Positions 24,755 through 39,815 are shown, counted from the first letter of the stretch. The stretch is DNA of 64,000 nucleotides from Macrostomum lignano (GCA_002269645.1 NIVC01003115.1:54554-118553); one strand, 5' to 3'. A program made the numbers and translations. The notes: generated from the letters alone by a model not told the origin.

Positions 24755-27700
24755 TCACTCGGCATCTGAGCCTCGCTGCGGGCAGGTGGACTTCAGCAGG
24801 TCGGCCGGGGACACGGTCGGATGATCGTCGCACGAGAAGGCGTAGCCGGAGCCTGGGGGCGGCGGTGGTGGGTGAGCATGAGCTGGGGTGGGGCCTGAGT
24901 CTGGGCTTACCCTGAGCTGAGATTGTTCTATGCGATGGCATTCAGGAATCTCACCCTATAGATTGAGATGGAATTCAGGAATCTCACCCTATACATTGAG
25001 ATAGAATTCAGGAATCTCACCCTATAGATTGAGATGGAATTCAGGAATCTCACCCTATAAATTGAGATGGAATTCAGGAATCTCACTCAATACATTGAAA
25101 TAGAATTCAGGAATCTCACCCTATAGATTCAGATGGAATTCAGGAATCTCACCCTATACATTGAGATGGAATTCAGGAATCTCACCCTATAGATTCAGAT
25201 GGAATTCAGGAATCTCACCCTATACATTGAGATGGAATTCAGGAATCTCACCCTATAGATTGAGATGGAATTCAGGAATCTCACCCTATACATTGAGATG
25301 GAATTCAGGAATCTCACCCTATAGATTCAGATGGAATTTAGGAATCTCACCCTATAGATTGAGATTGAATTCAGGAATCTCACCCTATAGATTGAGATGG
25401 AATTCAGGAATCTGACTCTATACATTGAGATAGAATTCAGGAATCTCACCCTATAGATTGAGATGGAATTCAGGAATCTCACCATATACATTGAGATAGA
25501 ATTCAGGAATCTAACCCTATAGATTCAGATGGAATTCAGGAATCTCACCCTTTAGATTGAGAAGGGCATTCAGGAATCTCACCCTATACAATAAGATAGA
25601 ATTCAGGAATCTCACCCTATAGATTCAGATGGAATTCAGGAATCTTACCCTATACATTGAGATAGAATTCAGGAATCTCACCCTATAGATTCAGATGGAA
25701 TTCAGGAATCTCACCCTAAAGATTGAGAATGGCATTCAGGAATCTCACCCTATAGATTGAGATGGAATTCAGGAATCTCACCATATAGATTGAGATGGAA
25801 TTCAGGAATCTCACCCTATAGATTGAGAATGGCATTCAGGAATCTCACTCTATAGATTGAGATGAAATTCAGGAATCTCACCCTATAGATTAAGATGGAA
25901 TTCAGGAATCTTACCCTATAGATTGAGATGGAATTCTGGAATCTCACCCTATACATTGAGATGGAATTCAGGAATCTCACCCTATAGATTCAGATGGAAT
26001 TCAGGAATCTCACCCTATAGATTGAGATTAAATTCAGGAATCTCACCCTATAGATTGAGAATGGCATTCAGGAATCTCACCCTATAGATTGAGAATGGCA
26101 TTCAGGAATCTTACCCTATAGATTGAGATGGAATTCAGGAATCTCACCCTATACATTGAGATGGAATTCAGGAATCTCACCCTATAGATTGAGAATGGCA
26201 TTCAGGAATCTTACCCTATAGATTGAGATGGAATTCAGGAATCTCACCCAATACATTGACATAGAATTCAGGAATCTCACCCTATAGATTGAGATGGAAT
26301 TCAGGAATCGCACTCTATACATTGAGATAGAATTCAGGAATCTCACCCTATAGATTCAGATGGAATTCAGAAATCTCACCCTATAGATTGAGATGGAATT
26401 CAGTAATCTTACCCTATAGATTGAGATGGAATTCAGGAATCTCACCCTATAGATTCAGATGGAATTCAGGAATCTTACCCTATAGATTGAGATTGAATTC
26501 AGGAATCTCACCCTATAGATTGAGAATGGCATTCAGGAATCTCACCCTATAGATTGAGAATGGCATTCAGGAATCTTACCCTATAGATTGAGATGGAATT
26601 CAGGAATCTCACCCAATACATTGACATAGAATTCAGGAATCTCACCCTATAGATTGAGATGGAATTCAGGAATCTCACTCTATACATTGAGATAGAATTC
26701 AGGAATCTCACCCTATAGATTCAGATGGAATTCAGGAATCTCACTCTATAGATTGAGATGAAATTCAGGAATCTCACCCTATAGATTAAGATGGAATTCA
26801 GGAATCTTACCCTATAGATTGAGATGGAATTCTGGAATCTCACCCTATACATTGAGATGGAATTCAGGAATCTCACCCTATAGATTCAGATGGAATTCAG
26901 GAATCTCACCCTATAGATTGAGATTAAATTCAGGAATCTCACCCTATAGATTGAGAATGGCATTCAGGAATCTCACCCTATAGATTGAGAATGGCATTCA
27001 GGAATCTTACCCTATAGATTGAGATGGAATTCAGGAATCTCACCCTATACATTGAGATGGAATTCAGGAATCTCACCCTATAGATTGAGATGGAATTCAG
27101 GAATCTCACCCTATAGATTGAGATTGAATTCAGGAATCTCACCCTATAGATTGAGAATGGCATTCAGGAATCTTACCCTATAGATTGAGATGGAATTCAG
27201 GAATCTCACCCAATACATTGACATAGAATTCAGGAATCTCACCCTATAGATTGAGATGGACTTCAGGAATCTCACTCTATACATTGAGATAGAATTCAGG
27301 AATCTCACCCTATAGATTCAGATGGAATTCAGAAATCTCACCCTATAGATTGAGATGGAATTCAGTAATCTTACCCTATAGATTGAGATGGAATTCAGGA
27401 ATCTCACCCTATACATTGAGATGGAATTCAGGAATCTCACCCTATAGATTCAGATGGAATTCAGGAATCTCACCCTATAGATTGAGATTGAATTCAGGAA
27501 TCTCACCCTATAGATTGAGAATGGCATTCAGGAATCTCACCCTATAGATTGAGAATGGCATTCAGGAATCTTACCCTATAGATTGAGATGGAATTCAGGA
27601 ATCTCACCCAATACATTGACATAGAATTCAGGAATCTCACCCTATAGATTGAGATGGAATTCAGGAATCTCACCCAATACATTGACATAGAATTCAGGAA

Positions 27701-30700
27701 TCTCACCCTATAGATTGAGATGGAATTCAGGAATCTCACTCTATACATTGAGATAGAATTCAGGAATCTCACCCTATAGATTCAGATGGAATTCAGAAAT
27801 CTTACCCTATAGATTGAGATGGAATTCAGTAATCTTACCCTATAGATTGAGATGGAATTCAGGAATCTCACCCTATACATTGAGATGGAATTCAGGAATC
27901 TCACCCTATAGATTGAGAATGGCATTCAGGAATCTCACCCTATAGATTGAGAATGGCATTCAGGAATCTCACCCTATAGATTGAGAATGGCATTCAGGAA
28001 TCTTACCCTATAGATTGAGATGGAATTCAGGAATCTCACCCTATACATTGAGATGGAATTCAGGAATCTCACCCTATAGATTGAGATGGAATTCAGGAAT
28101 CTCACCCTATAGATTGAGATTGAATTCAGGAATCTCACCCTATAGATTGAGAATGGCATTCAGGAATCTTACCCTATAGATTGAGATGGAATTCAGGAAT
28201 CTCACCCAATACATTGACATAGAATTCAGGAATCTCACCCTATAGATTGAGATGGACTTCAGGAATCTCACTCTATACATTGAGATAGAATTCAGGAATC
28301 TCACCCTATAGATTCAGATGGAATTCAGAAATCTCACCCTATAGATTGAGATGGAATTCAGTAATCTTACCCTATAGATTGAGATGGAATTCAGGAATCT
28401 CACCCTATAAATTGAGATGGAATTCAGGAATCTCACCCTATAGATTCAGATGGAATTCAGGAATCTCACCCTATAGATTCAGATTGAATTCAGGAATCTC
28501 ACCCAATACATTGAGATAGAATTCAGGAATCTCATCCTATAGATTGAGATGGAATTCAGGAATCTCACCCTATAGATTGAGATTGAATTCAGGAATCTCA
28601 CCCTATAGATTGAGAATGGCATTCAGGAATCTCACCCTATAGCCCGCCTGGCTGTCGGTACCCGGTATTTACCCGGCCTTCATCCGGTTTAATCCGTAAT
28701 TTTAGACTTTTCCGGACGAAAATGAATTTTTATCCGGTTTTGATCCGGCAGTTCTTACCGGACTAACAAACGGAGGAAACTCCGGAGCAAAACCGGATTA
28801 AAGTGTTTTTATTGATCACATTTTATCCGGATTGTGTCCGATTCCTGCTCCGGTCGATCAGCGGATGAAAACCGGACTGCCAACCGGAATAAGAAGCGGA
28901 TGAAAGTCGGATGAATCATAACTTTCTACCCGGAGTTGTTCCGGTTTTTTATCCGGCTGTGAATCCGGCTTACAGTGATAAACTTCCGGATAGTGAAACG
29001 GACAAAATCCGGATGAGGGAGTTCACTTGAAGTCAATGTCAATTTTCAGCGCACAAGGCTCAAAAATGGACCGGGAGAAGCAAAACGCGGACTGCGGCTC
29101 AAATACCACGGAAAAGACTGCCGATTGGACATGTGCCCGTTGTTTACTTCTGTACCCGAATCTATTAACCAGATGCCACCGGGCATCAATGTTGACAGGA
29201 AATTTTATTGATCATGCCATGTCTATTTATTGTACTGTTTACAATACCCGTTGGAAATATTTGCATCTAATTAAACTGGCGCTGGCCCTACAATTTTTTT
29301 CAGCGGCATTCGCCCATGTATGTGTTGGGATAAAAGTTATATAGATCGCCTTACTGTTTCGATTAAAGCCTTTATAATCCTCTGTTTTAATTACCGAAAG
29401 CCAGTGGCCCGTCCAAGGGGGGGGGGCTAGGGGGCCCAGGCCCCCCCCTGTAAAGCCATGGGCCCCCCATTGGCCCCCCCCACTTTCAGTTTTTTTACCT
29501 TAGCTGTTGAAACCCGCGGATTTTGAACATGTGGAATTCTGATCCCCGGAATTATTTTCGCTTATATCTCCCCTCTTCTCTCGTCCATCTTCCCTCACCT
29601 CTTCTCTTTCGTCTCTACTCTCTCCTCCCTCTCATCTCTCACCTCTCCTGCTCTCCCATCTCCTCTTCTTTCTACTCTCTCCCTTCTCCATTCTTCTCTT
29701 TCCTCTCCTCCCTCTTCTCTCCCTTCCCCTCTCTTCTTGTCCTCTCGATTCTCCCCCTTTTTTCTCCTTTCTCCTCCCATCCACTCCACTTGTCTCCCAC
29801 TGTCTCTCATGTCTGCTCTCACATATTTCTCTTCCCTCTCCTCTCTCCTCTGTTCTAGCTCTACTGTCACATTTTTTGTCTCTGCTCTCTCATCTCTCCT
29901 TTCCCCTCTTTCATCTCTCCTATCTCATCTCTTCTCTCTTCTTTCATCCTTCCTCTCTCTTCTCTCCCTCTCCTGATCGGCCCCCCATCCTGAAACCTCT
30001 GGACGCGCCCCTGCCGAAAGCTTTCTACTAGTAAGCTTCTCTAGAGCTCCTCGCTTGTTCATACAGATACGAGCAGAATCATAGCAGGAGCAGCAGCTAT
30101 AGATAGGAGCAGGAGCCGTAGCTATAATAGCCGCCACATAGTGCAATTTTTGTGCCAAACCTTTGGAAGCCGCTGTAAAGAGCACAAATTAAGGCTGAGT
30201 AATAAGCATCTAGAATGTCCATTATCATCCGACGACAGTATACAGGTATCCATACATTTGATCCGGAAATGGCTCCGGTTTCTTATCCGGCTGTAACATC
30301 CATACATTTCATCCGGTTTTCATCCGGAATTGGCTCCGCTCTCCCATCCGGCTTCCTCCGGATTACTTATCGGGCAATAACCGGACACACAGCCGGATAC
30401 CAAACCGGATAAACGTCATATTTTCAACACTTTCATCCGTTTTGTAAACTTTTCGTCCGGTTTTCGTCCGTTTTTTTGCATGTAAATTTGCTATTCCTGC
30501 CGGATTAAACTCCGGACAACGCATCGGATAAAAGACGGCTAAATTCAGCCCGGCGGGAGATTGAGAATGGCATTCAGGAATCTTACCCTATAGATTGAGA
30601 TGGAATTCAGGAATCTCACCCTATACATTGAGATGGAATTCAGGAATCTCACCCTATAGATTGAGATGGAATTCAGGAATCTCACCCTATAGATTGAGAT

Positions 30701-33700
30701 TGAATTCAGGAATCTCACCCTATAGATTGAGAATGGCATTCAGGAATCTTACCCTATAGATTGAGATGGAATTCAGGAATCTCACCCAATACATTGACAT
30801 AGAATTCAGGAATCTCACCCTATAGATTGAGATGGAATTCAGGAATCTCACTCTATACATTGAGATAGAATTCAGGAATCTCACCCTATAGATTCAGATG
30901 GAATTCAGAAATCTCACCCTATAGATTCAGATGGAATTCAGGAATCTCACCCTATAGATTGAGATGGAATTCAGGAATCTCACCCTTTAGATTGAGATGG
31001 AATTCAGGAATCTCACCCTATAGATTCAGATTGAATTCAGGAATCTCACCCAATACATTGAGATAGAATTCAGGAATCTCATCCTATAGATTGAGATGGA
31101 ATTCAGGAATCTCACCCTATAGATTAATAAATGGATGAGTGCAATAACTCAATCAGAAGCCAACACCAAACAGCAGCAGAATTGATAACTCACGGTTGTT
31201 GGCTCCGGCCGCCATCTGGTCGATATTATCGGCAACCGATTGCGACACGGGCACGGGGGCCTTGCGCCGGAATAATGGACGACCGAGCAGACGGACTGTC
31301 TCCGTCATCCTTCGGGACGAATGGGAAGAAGACAAGGATTTGGTTAAGCAGTGATACGGGATTAAGGATAAAGTCATATGGATCAAGTTGGGAGCTTCGA
31401 TATCTAAAGGCGATGTTGGGATCTGGGAAGCTGGGTGGGTAATTTGCAGTTTTTTTTTAAACCAAGGCAAGACATTGAAATCCAGGAGGCATGCATTATC
31501 GAACAGGCCGCTGAAAACAAACTTTGAAAAACCCATTAGTCAGAAAAGATAAAATGTTAATAGATATTAAAAAGTGTCCAGCTACTCAAGCTTCAAACGT
31601 TGGCGACGGTACTGGAGACTTAAGTGTGTCGGCTAAAAAATTACACATCATCTACTTCAAATAGCGCTACCTTGGTGTTAAGGGCTTTTATGTAATCAGT
31701 AAGGTTCCTTGGTTGCTGAATGAGGGTTCCTTGGTTGCCGAGTCAGGATTAGTTGGTTGCTGAGTCAGGATTAGTTGGTTGCTGAGTCAGGATTATTTGG
31801 TTGCTAAGTGGGGGTTCCTTGGTTGCTAAGTGGAGGTTCCTTGGTTGCTAAGTGGAGGTTCCTTGGTTGCTAAGTGGAGGTTCCTTGGTTGCTAAGTGGA
31901 GGTTCCTTGGTTGCTAAGTGGAGGTTCCTTGGTTGCTGAGTCAGGATTAGTTGGTTGCTAAGTGGGGGTTCCTTAGTTGCTGAGTGAGGGTTCCTTAGTG
32001 CTGAGAGAGTAAGTTGCTGACCGATGGTCTCAAGCATCAGAGACCTAAGCCAATTACCTCTTGTAAGTATTTCTGAGCAGCACGCTGGACGGATCCCTCT
32101 GCAGCTTCTCCATCTCCATGACCTCCTCGCGCAGAGTCTTGGCGCAGGTCCGCCTGTAGGCAGTCCAAGCCAAGTCTCTGGTCAGGGCCAGCAGCGGCGC
32201 CAGCAGCACCAGGAACCAGAAATTGGCGGAGCCGAACAGGGCCCAGTCGAATCCCACCACCTCTGCGAAGTTCGAGCCAACATGCGGATAGAGATTGGCC
32301 GACAGGGCCACGAACCCGAAGTAGGTGGCCACGCTGCCCCAGATGGCCAGGTGAGACAGGCCGGTCCAGGCTGTGTGCTCAATGCCTGCCTTCAGTGCCA
32401 CAGTCACCACGGCCAGCGAGTACACCGTGCTGCCCAGGTAGTACAGACCGGACACCTGGCCGTTGGGAAACACGGAGCCGTGCCACAGAGCCAGGGCCAC
32501 GCAGCCAAATATGATGGCCGAGTGGTAAACACCTGCGGGGCAGTTGGAATGCATGACGGCTTTTAACAGGTATTCGATTCTAATCCATTCAGCGATAATC
32601 GAATCTGCCTCGCCTCTGCTTCAATCTGCCTCTCCTCTGCTTCAATCTGCCTCTCCTCTGCTTCAATCTGCTTCTCCTCTGCTCCAATCTGCCTCTCCTC
32701 TGCTTCAATCTGCCTCTCCTCTGCTTTAATCTGCCTCTCCTCTGCTTCAATCTGCCTCTCCTCTGCTTCAATCTGCCTCTCCTCTGCTTCAATCTGCTTC
32801 TCCTCTGCTCCAATCTGCCTCTCCTCTGCTTCAATCTGCCTCTCCTCTGCTTTAATCTGCCTCTCCTCTGCTTCAATCTGCCTCTCCTCTGCTTCAATCT
32901 GCTTCTCCTCTGCTCCAATCTGCCTCTCCTCTGCTTCAATCTGCCTCTCCTCTGCTTCAATCTGCTTCTCCTCTGCTCCAATCTGCCTCTCCTCTGCTTC
33001 AATCTGCCTCTCCTCTGCTTCAATCTGCCTCTCCCATGCTTCAATCTGCCTCTCCCATGCTTCAATCTGCCTCTCCCAAGCTTCAATCTGCCTCTCCCCT
33101 GCTTCAATCTGCCTCTCCCAAGCTTCAATCTGCCTCTCCCATGCTTCAATCTGCCTCTCCCATGCTTCAATCTGCCTCTCCCAAGCTTCAATCTGCCTCT
33201 CCCATGCTTCAATCTGCCTCTCCCCTGCTTCAATCTGCCTCTCCTCTGCTTCAATCTGCCTCTCAGCTGTTTCAATCTGCCTCTCCCCTGCTTCAATCTG
33301 CCTCTCCCCTGCTTCAATCTGCCTCTCCCCTGCTTCAATCTGCCTCTCCCCTGCTTCAATCTGCCTCTCCCCTGCTTCAATCTGCCTCGCCTCTGCTTCA
33401 ATCTGCCTCGCCTCTGCTTCAATCTGCCTCTCAGCTGTTTCAATCTGCCTCACCTGTCAGATCATTGAATCTGACACTGTTCCCTCACTCAATCCGTCAT
33501 GTTATCAATAAGTACCGCAGCCTCCCCTCTCCAGCCAACAGCCAAACTCACCATTAAGCATCCACAGCGCGAACACCTTGAAATTGTAGCGCCCGCTGCC
33601 CTGGTTCTCCTTGTACAGCTGCGGGTAGCGCATGCAGTTCTCCTGCGAGCAGGACCGGTCAAAGATGCCCAGGGCGAACGGCGTGGCCCCGGTGAAGAAC

Positions 33701-36700
33701 ACATTGTACAGACCCTGGGTCCACTTCTCGAACATGACTTGGCCGGAGAAGCCAGAGGCCATGGCGAACCAGAACGAGGTGATGTACAGGGTGAGGTTCT
33801 TGTAGAAGGAGAACAGGATCACTATGGTGACGCGGTGGTAGCTCCAGGCACCGTGCACGAAGAGCAACTTTTTGAGGAAGCGGAACTGGGCCAGAGCGTA
33901 GTCGGAGGCGGCCGCGGCCTGCGGTGCGAAATTTATGAATATATGCGATTATTAATGAGTATCTTCGCGCATACTATTTATAGAACTGAATTTGCCATTT
34001 TTACAATGCAACACACCATTTTCAAGATTGAATACACGATTTTAGAATCTAAAAACATGCCACTTCTATAATCTTGAACATGCCACGTCTAGAATCTAAC
34101 ATGCCATTTGTAGAATCTTAATATGCCATTTGTAGAATCTTAATATGCCATTTGTAGAATCTTAATATGCCATTTGTAGAATCTAACACTTCTAGAATCT
34201 AACATGCCACTTCTAGAATCTAACATGCCACTTCTAGAATCTAACATGCCACTTCTAGAATCTAACATGCCACTTCTAGAATCTAACATGCCACTTCTAG
34301 AATCTAACATGCCACTTCTAGAATCTAACATGCCACTTCTAGAATCTAACATGCCACTTCTAGAATCTAACATGCCACTTCTAGAATCTAACATGCCACT
34401 TCTAGAATCTAACATGCCACTTCTAGAATCTAACATGCCACTTCTAGAATCTAACATGCCACTTCTAGAATCTAACATGCCACTTCTAGAATCTAACATG
34501 CCACTTCTAGAATCTAACATGCCACTTCTAGAATCTAACATGCCACTTCTAGAATCTAACATGCCACTTCAAGAATCGAACATGCCATTGTTGTATTAAA
34601 TGACTGCCAATAAGCGGCTCCGGTCCCTTCTCACCTGCAGGCCCTCCTTGCCCTTCAGCCCGACCCCGACGTGGCTCTCCTGAATCATTGGTACGTCGTT
34701 GGCGCCGTCCCCGATGGCCAGCGTGACGGCGGTCGGCAGGGCCTCGCGCACGTATCGGACCACGTCGGACTTCTGCTTGGGGCTGACTCGGCAGCAGATC
34801 ACCGTGCGGCACTGCAGACAGACCTCCAGGAACTCCGCCCGCAGCTCCGGCCTGCCCGCCCAGGCCAGGGCTTCGCCTTCGACAACCAGCGCCGGCTCCT
34901 TGCTGCTGCCCTCCAGGCCGCCGACCCAGGACTGCAGAGCGGCGACTTTCGACCGGACATCGTCCAGGCCGGAACCCGTGAGGGTGCGCACCTCCATGCC
35001 CGACTGCAGCAGCCGGCAGGAGTAGCCGATGTTGATGGCCGTCTCCAGCTTGTCGCCAGTGAGCACCCAGATTCGAATCCCGGCTAGCAGCAGGTCGTTA
35101 ATGGTAGCCGGGACGCCCACCTGCAGCTTGTCCTCGATGGCTGTGGCGCCCAGCAGCTCCAGGTTCTGCGGTTAGCGTACATGTACCCTTATGTTTACAA
35201 ATCCCATGACTTCACCCGAAATGTGTCACGAATCCCATGACTTCACCCGAAATGTGTCACGAATCCCATGACTTCACTCGAAATGTGTCACAAATTCCAT
35301 GACTTCACCCGAAATGTGTCACAAATCCCATGACTTCACCCGAAATGATCACAAATCCCATGACTTCACCCGAAATGTGTCACAAATCCCATGACTTCAC
35401 CCGAAATGTGTCACGAATCCCATGACTTCACCCGAAATGTGTCACGAATCCCATGACTTCACCCGAAATGTGTCACGAATCCCATGACTTCACCCGAAAT
35501 GTGTCACAAATCCCATGACTTCACCCGAAATGTGTCACAAATCCCATGACTTCACCCGAAATGTGTCACAAATCCCATGACTTCACCCGAAATGTGTCAC
35601 AAATCCCATGACTTCACCCGAAATGTGTCACAAATCCCATGACTTCACCCGAAATGTGTCACAAATCCCATGACTTCACCCGAAATATGTCACAAATCCC
35701 ATGACTTCCTCAATATGTTCACATATCCCATGAATTAGCCAAAATGTTCACAAATCCTATTAATTCCTGAATATGTTCACAAATCCCATAAATTCACCCG
35801 CAATGATAACAAATCCCATGACTTCCCCAATATGTTCACAAATCCCATGAATTCACCCGAAATGTTCACAAATCCCATGAATTTACCCGAAATGTTCACA
35901 TATCCCATGAATTCCCCAAAATGTTAACAAATCCTTATAACTTCACTAATCTTATCAATTTTCAAAATAACTGTGAGACTTGACAACTTCACAAAAAAAC
36001 TTTACTAATCCCAAAACTTGTCAAATCCTGCACCAGCATAAAATAAATGGGCAAATCCCGGATCCCGAGAATGGCAGCCTCACAGTTTCAATCTTGGAAG
36101 CAACATCCGCTAGCAGCTGCTCGCGATTTTCCACATGGTTGCAAGCCCGCTGGTACTCGGCCTCCAGCTGCTCCCATCGGCTCGGCTCGATTCGGGCGGT
36201 TGCTATGCAGAGCGTGCGCAGTCCGGCCACGGCGAATTTCTCCATGTGGGCGGTGGTGTCCTGAGCGTGGCGCTCGCTGCCCAGGCGCGAGTAGATCGCC
36301 GAGTCCTGGAATTTGTTTGTTTATTTTGTGTGACTTTGGTTGTTTATCTTGTGTGCCTTTGGTTGTTTATCCTGTGTGACTTTGGTTGTTTATCTTGTGT
36401 GCCTTTGGTTGTTTATCTTGTGTGCCTTTGGTTGTTTATCTTGTGTCCTTTTGGTTGTTTATCTTGTGTGCCTTTGGTTGTTTATCTTGTGTGCCTTTGT
36501 TTGTTTATCTTCTGTGACTTTGTTTGTTTATCTTGTGTGCCTTTGGTTGTTTATCTTGTGTGCCTTTGTTTGTTTATCTTCTGTGACTTTGTTCGTTTAT
36601 CTTGTGTGCCTTTGGTTGTTTATCTTGTGTGACTTTGGTTGTTTATCTTGTGTGACTTTGGTTGTTTATCTTGTGTGACTTTGGTTGTTTATCTTGTGTG

Positions 36701-39545
36701 ACTTTGTTTGTTCATCCTGTGTCCTTTTGGTTGTTTATCTTGTGTGACTTTGTTTGTTCATCCTGTGTCCTTTTGGTTGTTTATCTTGTGTGACTTTGTT
36801 TGTTCATCCTGTGTCCTTTTGGTTGTTTATCTTGTGTGACTTTGTTTGTTCATCCTGTGTCCTTTTGGTTGTTTATCTTGTGTGACTTTGGTTGTTTATC
36901 TTGTGTGACTTTGGTTGTTTATCTTGTGTGACTTTGGTTGTTTATCTTGTGTGACTTTGTTTGTTTATCTTGTGTGCCTTTGGTTGTTTATCTTGTGTGA
37001 CTTTGGTTGTTTATCTTGTGTGCCTTTGGTTGTTTATCTTGTGTGCCTTTGTTTGTTTATCTTCTGTGACTTTGTTTGTTTATCTTGTGTGCCTTTGGTT
37101 GTTTATCTTGTGTGCCTTTGTTTGTTTATCTTCTGTGACTTTGTTTGTTTATCTTGTGTGCCTTTGGTTGTTTATCTTGTGTGACTTTGGTTGTTTATCT
37201 TGTGTGACTTTGGTTGTTTATCTTGTGTGACTTTGGTTGTTTATCTTGTGTGACTTTGTTTGTTCATCCTGTGTCCTTTTGGTTGTTTATCTTGTGTGAC
37301 TTTGTTTGTTCATCCTGTGTCCTTTTGGTTGTTTATCTTGTGTGACTTTGTTTGTTCATCCTGTGTCCTTTTGGTTGTTTATCTTGTGTGACTTTGTTTG
37401 TTCATCCTGTGTCCTTTTGGTTGTTTATCTTGTGTGACTTTGGTTGTTTATCTTGTGTGACTTTGGTTGTTTATCTTGTGTGACTTTGGTTGTTTATCTT
37501 GTGTGACTTTGGTTGTTTATCTTGTGTGACTTTGTTTGTTCATCCTGTATCCTTTTGGTTGTTTATCTTGTGCCCCTTTGATTGTTTATCGAGTGTCCTT
37601 TGATTGTTTATCGACAGTCGTTTGATTGTTTATCTTGCGTCACTTTGATTGTTTATTGAGTATCCTTTGACTGTTTATCGAGTGTCCTTTGGTTGTTTAG
37701 CTTGTGAGATTTCGGTTGTTTAGCTTGGGAGATTTTGGTTGTTTAGCTTGTGGGATTTTGGTTGTTTATCTGACCTCGTATCGGTTGTTTATCTTGTATA
37801 TTTTTGGTTGTTTTTGTGTAACTTTGGCTGTTTCTTTTGTAATTTTGCCAGCGCCACAGCAGCAAACTGAAATCTCACCGCGCCTTTCATAAACAGCCGA
37901 ATGGAGCCATCCGGGCACTGCACCACCATAGACATCCGCTTGCGATCGCTCGTGAACTCAAACTTTGCCAGAGTTTTGTAAACTCGCTCCTGACCAGCCT
38001 GACCAAAAGAGTTGGTGAAATTTAAGTCTTACTCACTTAGTTCTGTAGTTCTCAGTGAGTTCTTAGTAGCGGGTTAACAATAACTTTGATCAAATTTAAT
38101 TTGGCAGCGCACGGAATCTACGACCTGTGAAACAGTAGTATCTGTTAGCTTACTAGCAGTAGTGATACAAGAATGCACTACACAGCACTCACAGCCCTGA
38201 TGGTGACGAATGTGTCCATTTAGACAGCGGGCACTACACAGCACTCACAGCCCTGATGGTGACGAATGTGTCCATTTAGACAGCGGGCACTACACAGCAC
38301 TCACAGCCCTGATGGTGACGAATGTGTTCATTTAGACAGCGGGCACTACACAGCACTCACAGCCCTGATGGTGACGAATGTGTCCATTTAGACAGCGGGC
38401 ACTACACAGCACTCACAGCCCTGATAGTGACGAATGTGTCCATTTAGACAGCGTGAACTACACAGCACTCACAGCCCTGATAGTGACGAATGTGTTCATT
38501 TAGACAGCGTGCACTACACAGCACTCACAGCCCTGATAGTGACGAATGTGTTCATTTAGACAGCGTGCACTACACAGCACTCACAGCCCTGATAGTGACG
38601 AATGTGTTCATTTAGACAGCGTGCACTACACAGCACTCACAGCCCTGATAGTGACGAATGTGTTCATTTAGACAGCGGGCACTACACAGCACTCACAGCC
38701 CTGATGGTGACGAATGTGTCCAAGCTGCGATCGCACAACTCGTAGCCGGCCGACTTGGCCGCCACAACCAGGGCGGCCTCGTCAGGCGAACTGGCACTGT
38801 AGTCAAGCACGGAGCCGTCAGCCGCCTTCTCCGGTATGACGGTGTGGCACACGGCCAGCACGGTCAGGAACAGGTCCAGCTCGGCCGGGGCGGCGCCGCC
38901 GTCCACCAGCTGGCGGATGGCGCCGACGCCGGATTTGAACTGCAGGGCGCCGGTCTCGGCGTTTGTGTCCACCTCGCCATAGACACGGCCGGCCACGCTG
39001 GCGCCCTGGAACACCATGCAGTTCTGCGTCAGGGTGCCCGTCTTGTCCGAGAAGACGAAATTAATCTGGCCGAGCTCCTCGTTCAAGCTGGAGGTGCGCG
39101 CCTCAGCCGCGATGTCGCTGGATTCCTCGTACATGTCCAAATCCTGAGCGCGTAGTTATTGTTTTAAAATAAAAAAACTCGAATAAAACTCGCATTTTTA
39201 CTGTAAGTAGTTTACGTGCATGTTTTATTTAAACCAGGACACTTACGCATTGAATAAAATAGGCCTGAAAGATTCGCATGAACTCCAGCGTCACTTGCAG
39301 CGATATTGGCACAATCGTGTGGAACGTGATGAATGCCGTGATCAGCATAGAGCCGAAGTGGGAAATCGACAGCACTGCAATTGGCGTTGGTGAGGCGACA
39401 CCGAAGCATGCAGTAGGTTAAATGCTTCACTCCGGCTCGAACTTTGAAGCTCATAGAGTGTCGGATAGGAAATAGACGTCAGAATAAAGATGAAACCAGA
39501 CACAATGTTACTACGAGATATAGACAGACAGACAGACAGACACTA

Positions 39546-39598
<53 letters not shown>

Positions 39599-39599
39599 C

Positions 39600-39638
<39 letters not shown>

Positions 39639-39667
39639 CACAGACAGGCAGACAGACAGACAGACAC

Positions 39668-39706
<39 letters not shown>

Positions 39707-39719
39707 CACAGACAGACAC

Positions 39720-39762
<43 letters not shown>

Positions 39763-39815
39763 CACAGACAGACAGACAGACAGACACACAGACAGGCAGA
39801 CAGACAGACAGACAC

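Noticed and set aside
24940-31125. CRISPR-like regular 33-bp repeats (also the 35-bp arrays)
   Set aside because: Head-to-tail units with no unique spacers, eukaryotic intron context, no cas genes.
32563-33453. 296-aa ERQIEAE heptad ORF that looks like a coiled-coil protein
   Set aside because: It is the 21-bp intronic repeat. It has no ATG start, and its upstream AG is phase 0 in a phase-1 intron, so it cannot join the flippase frame.
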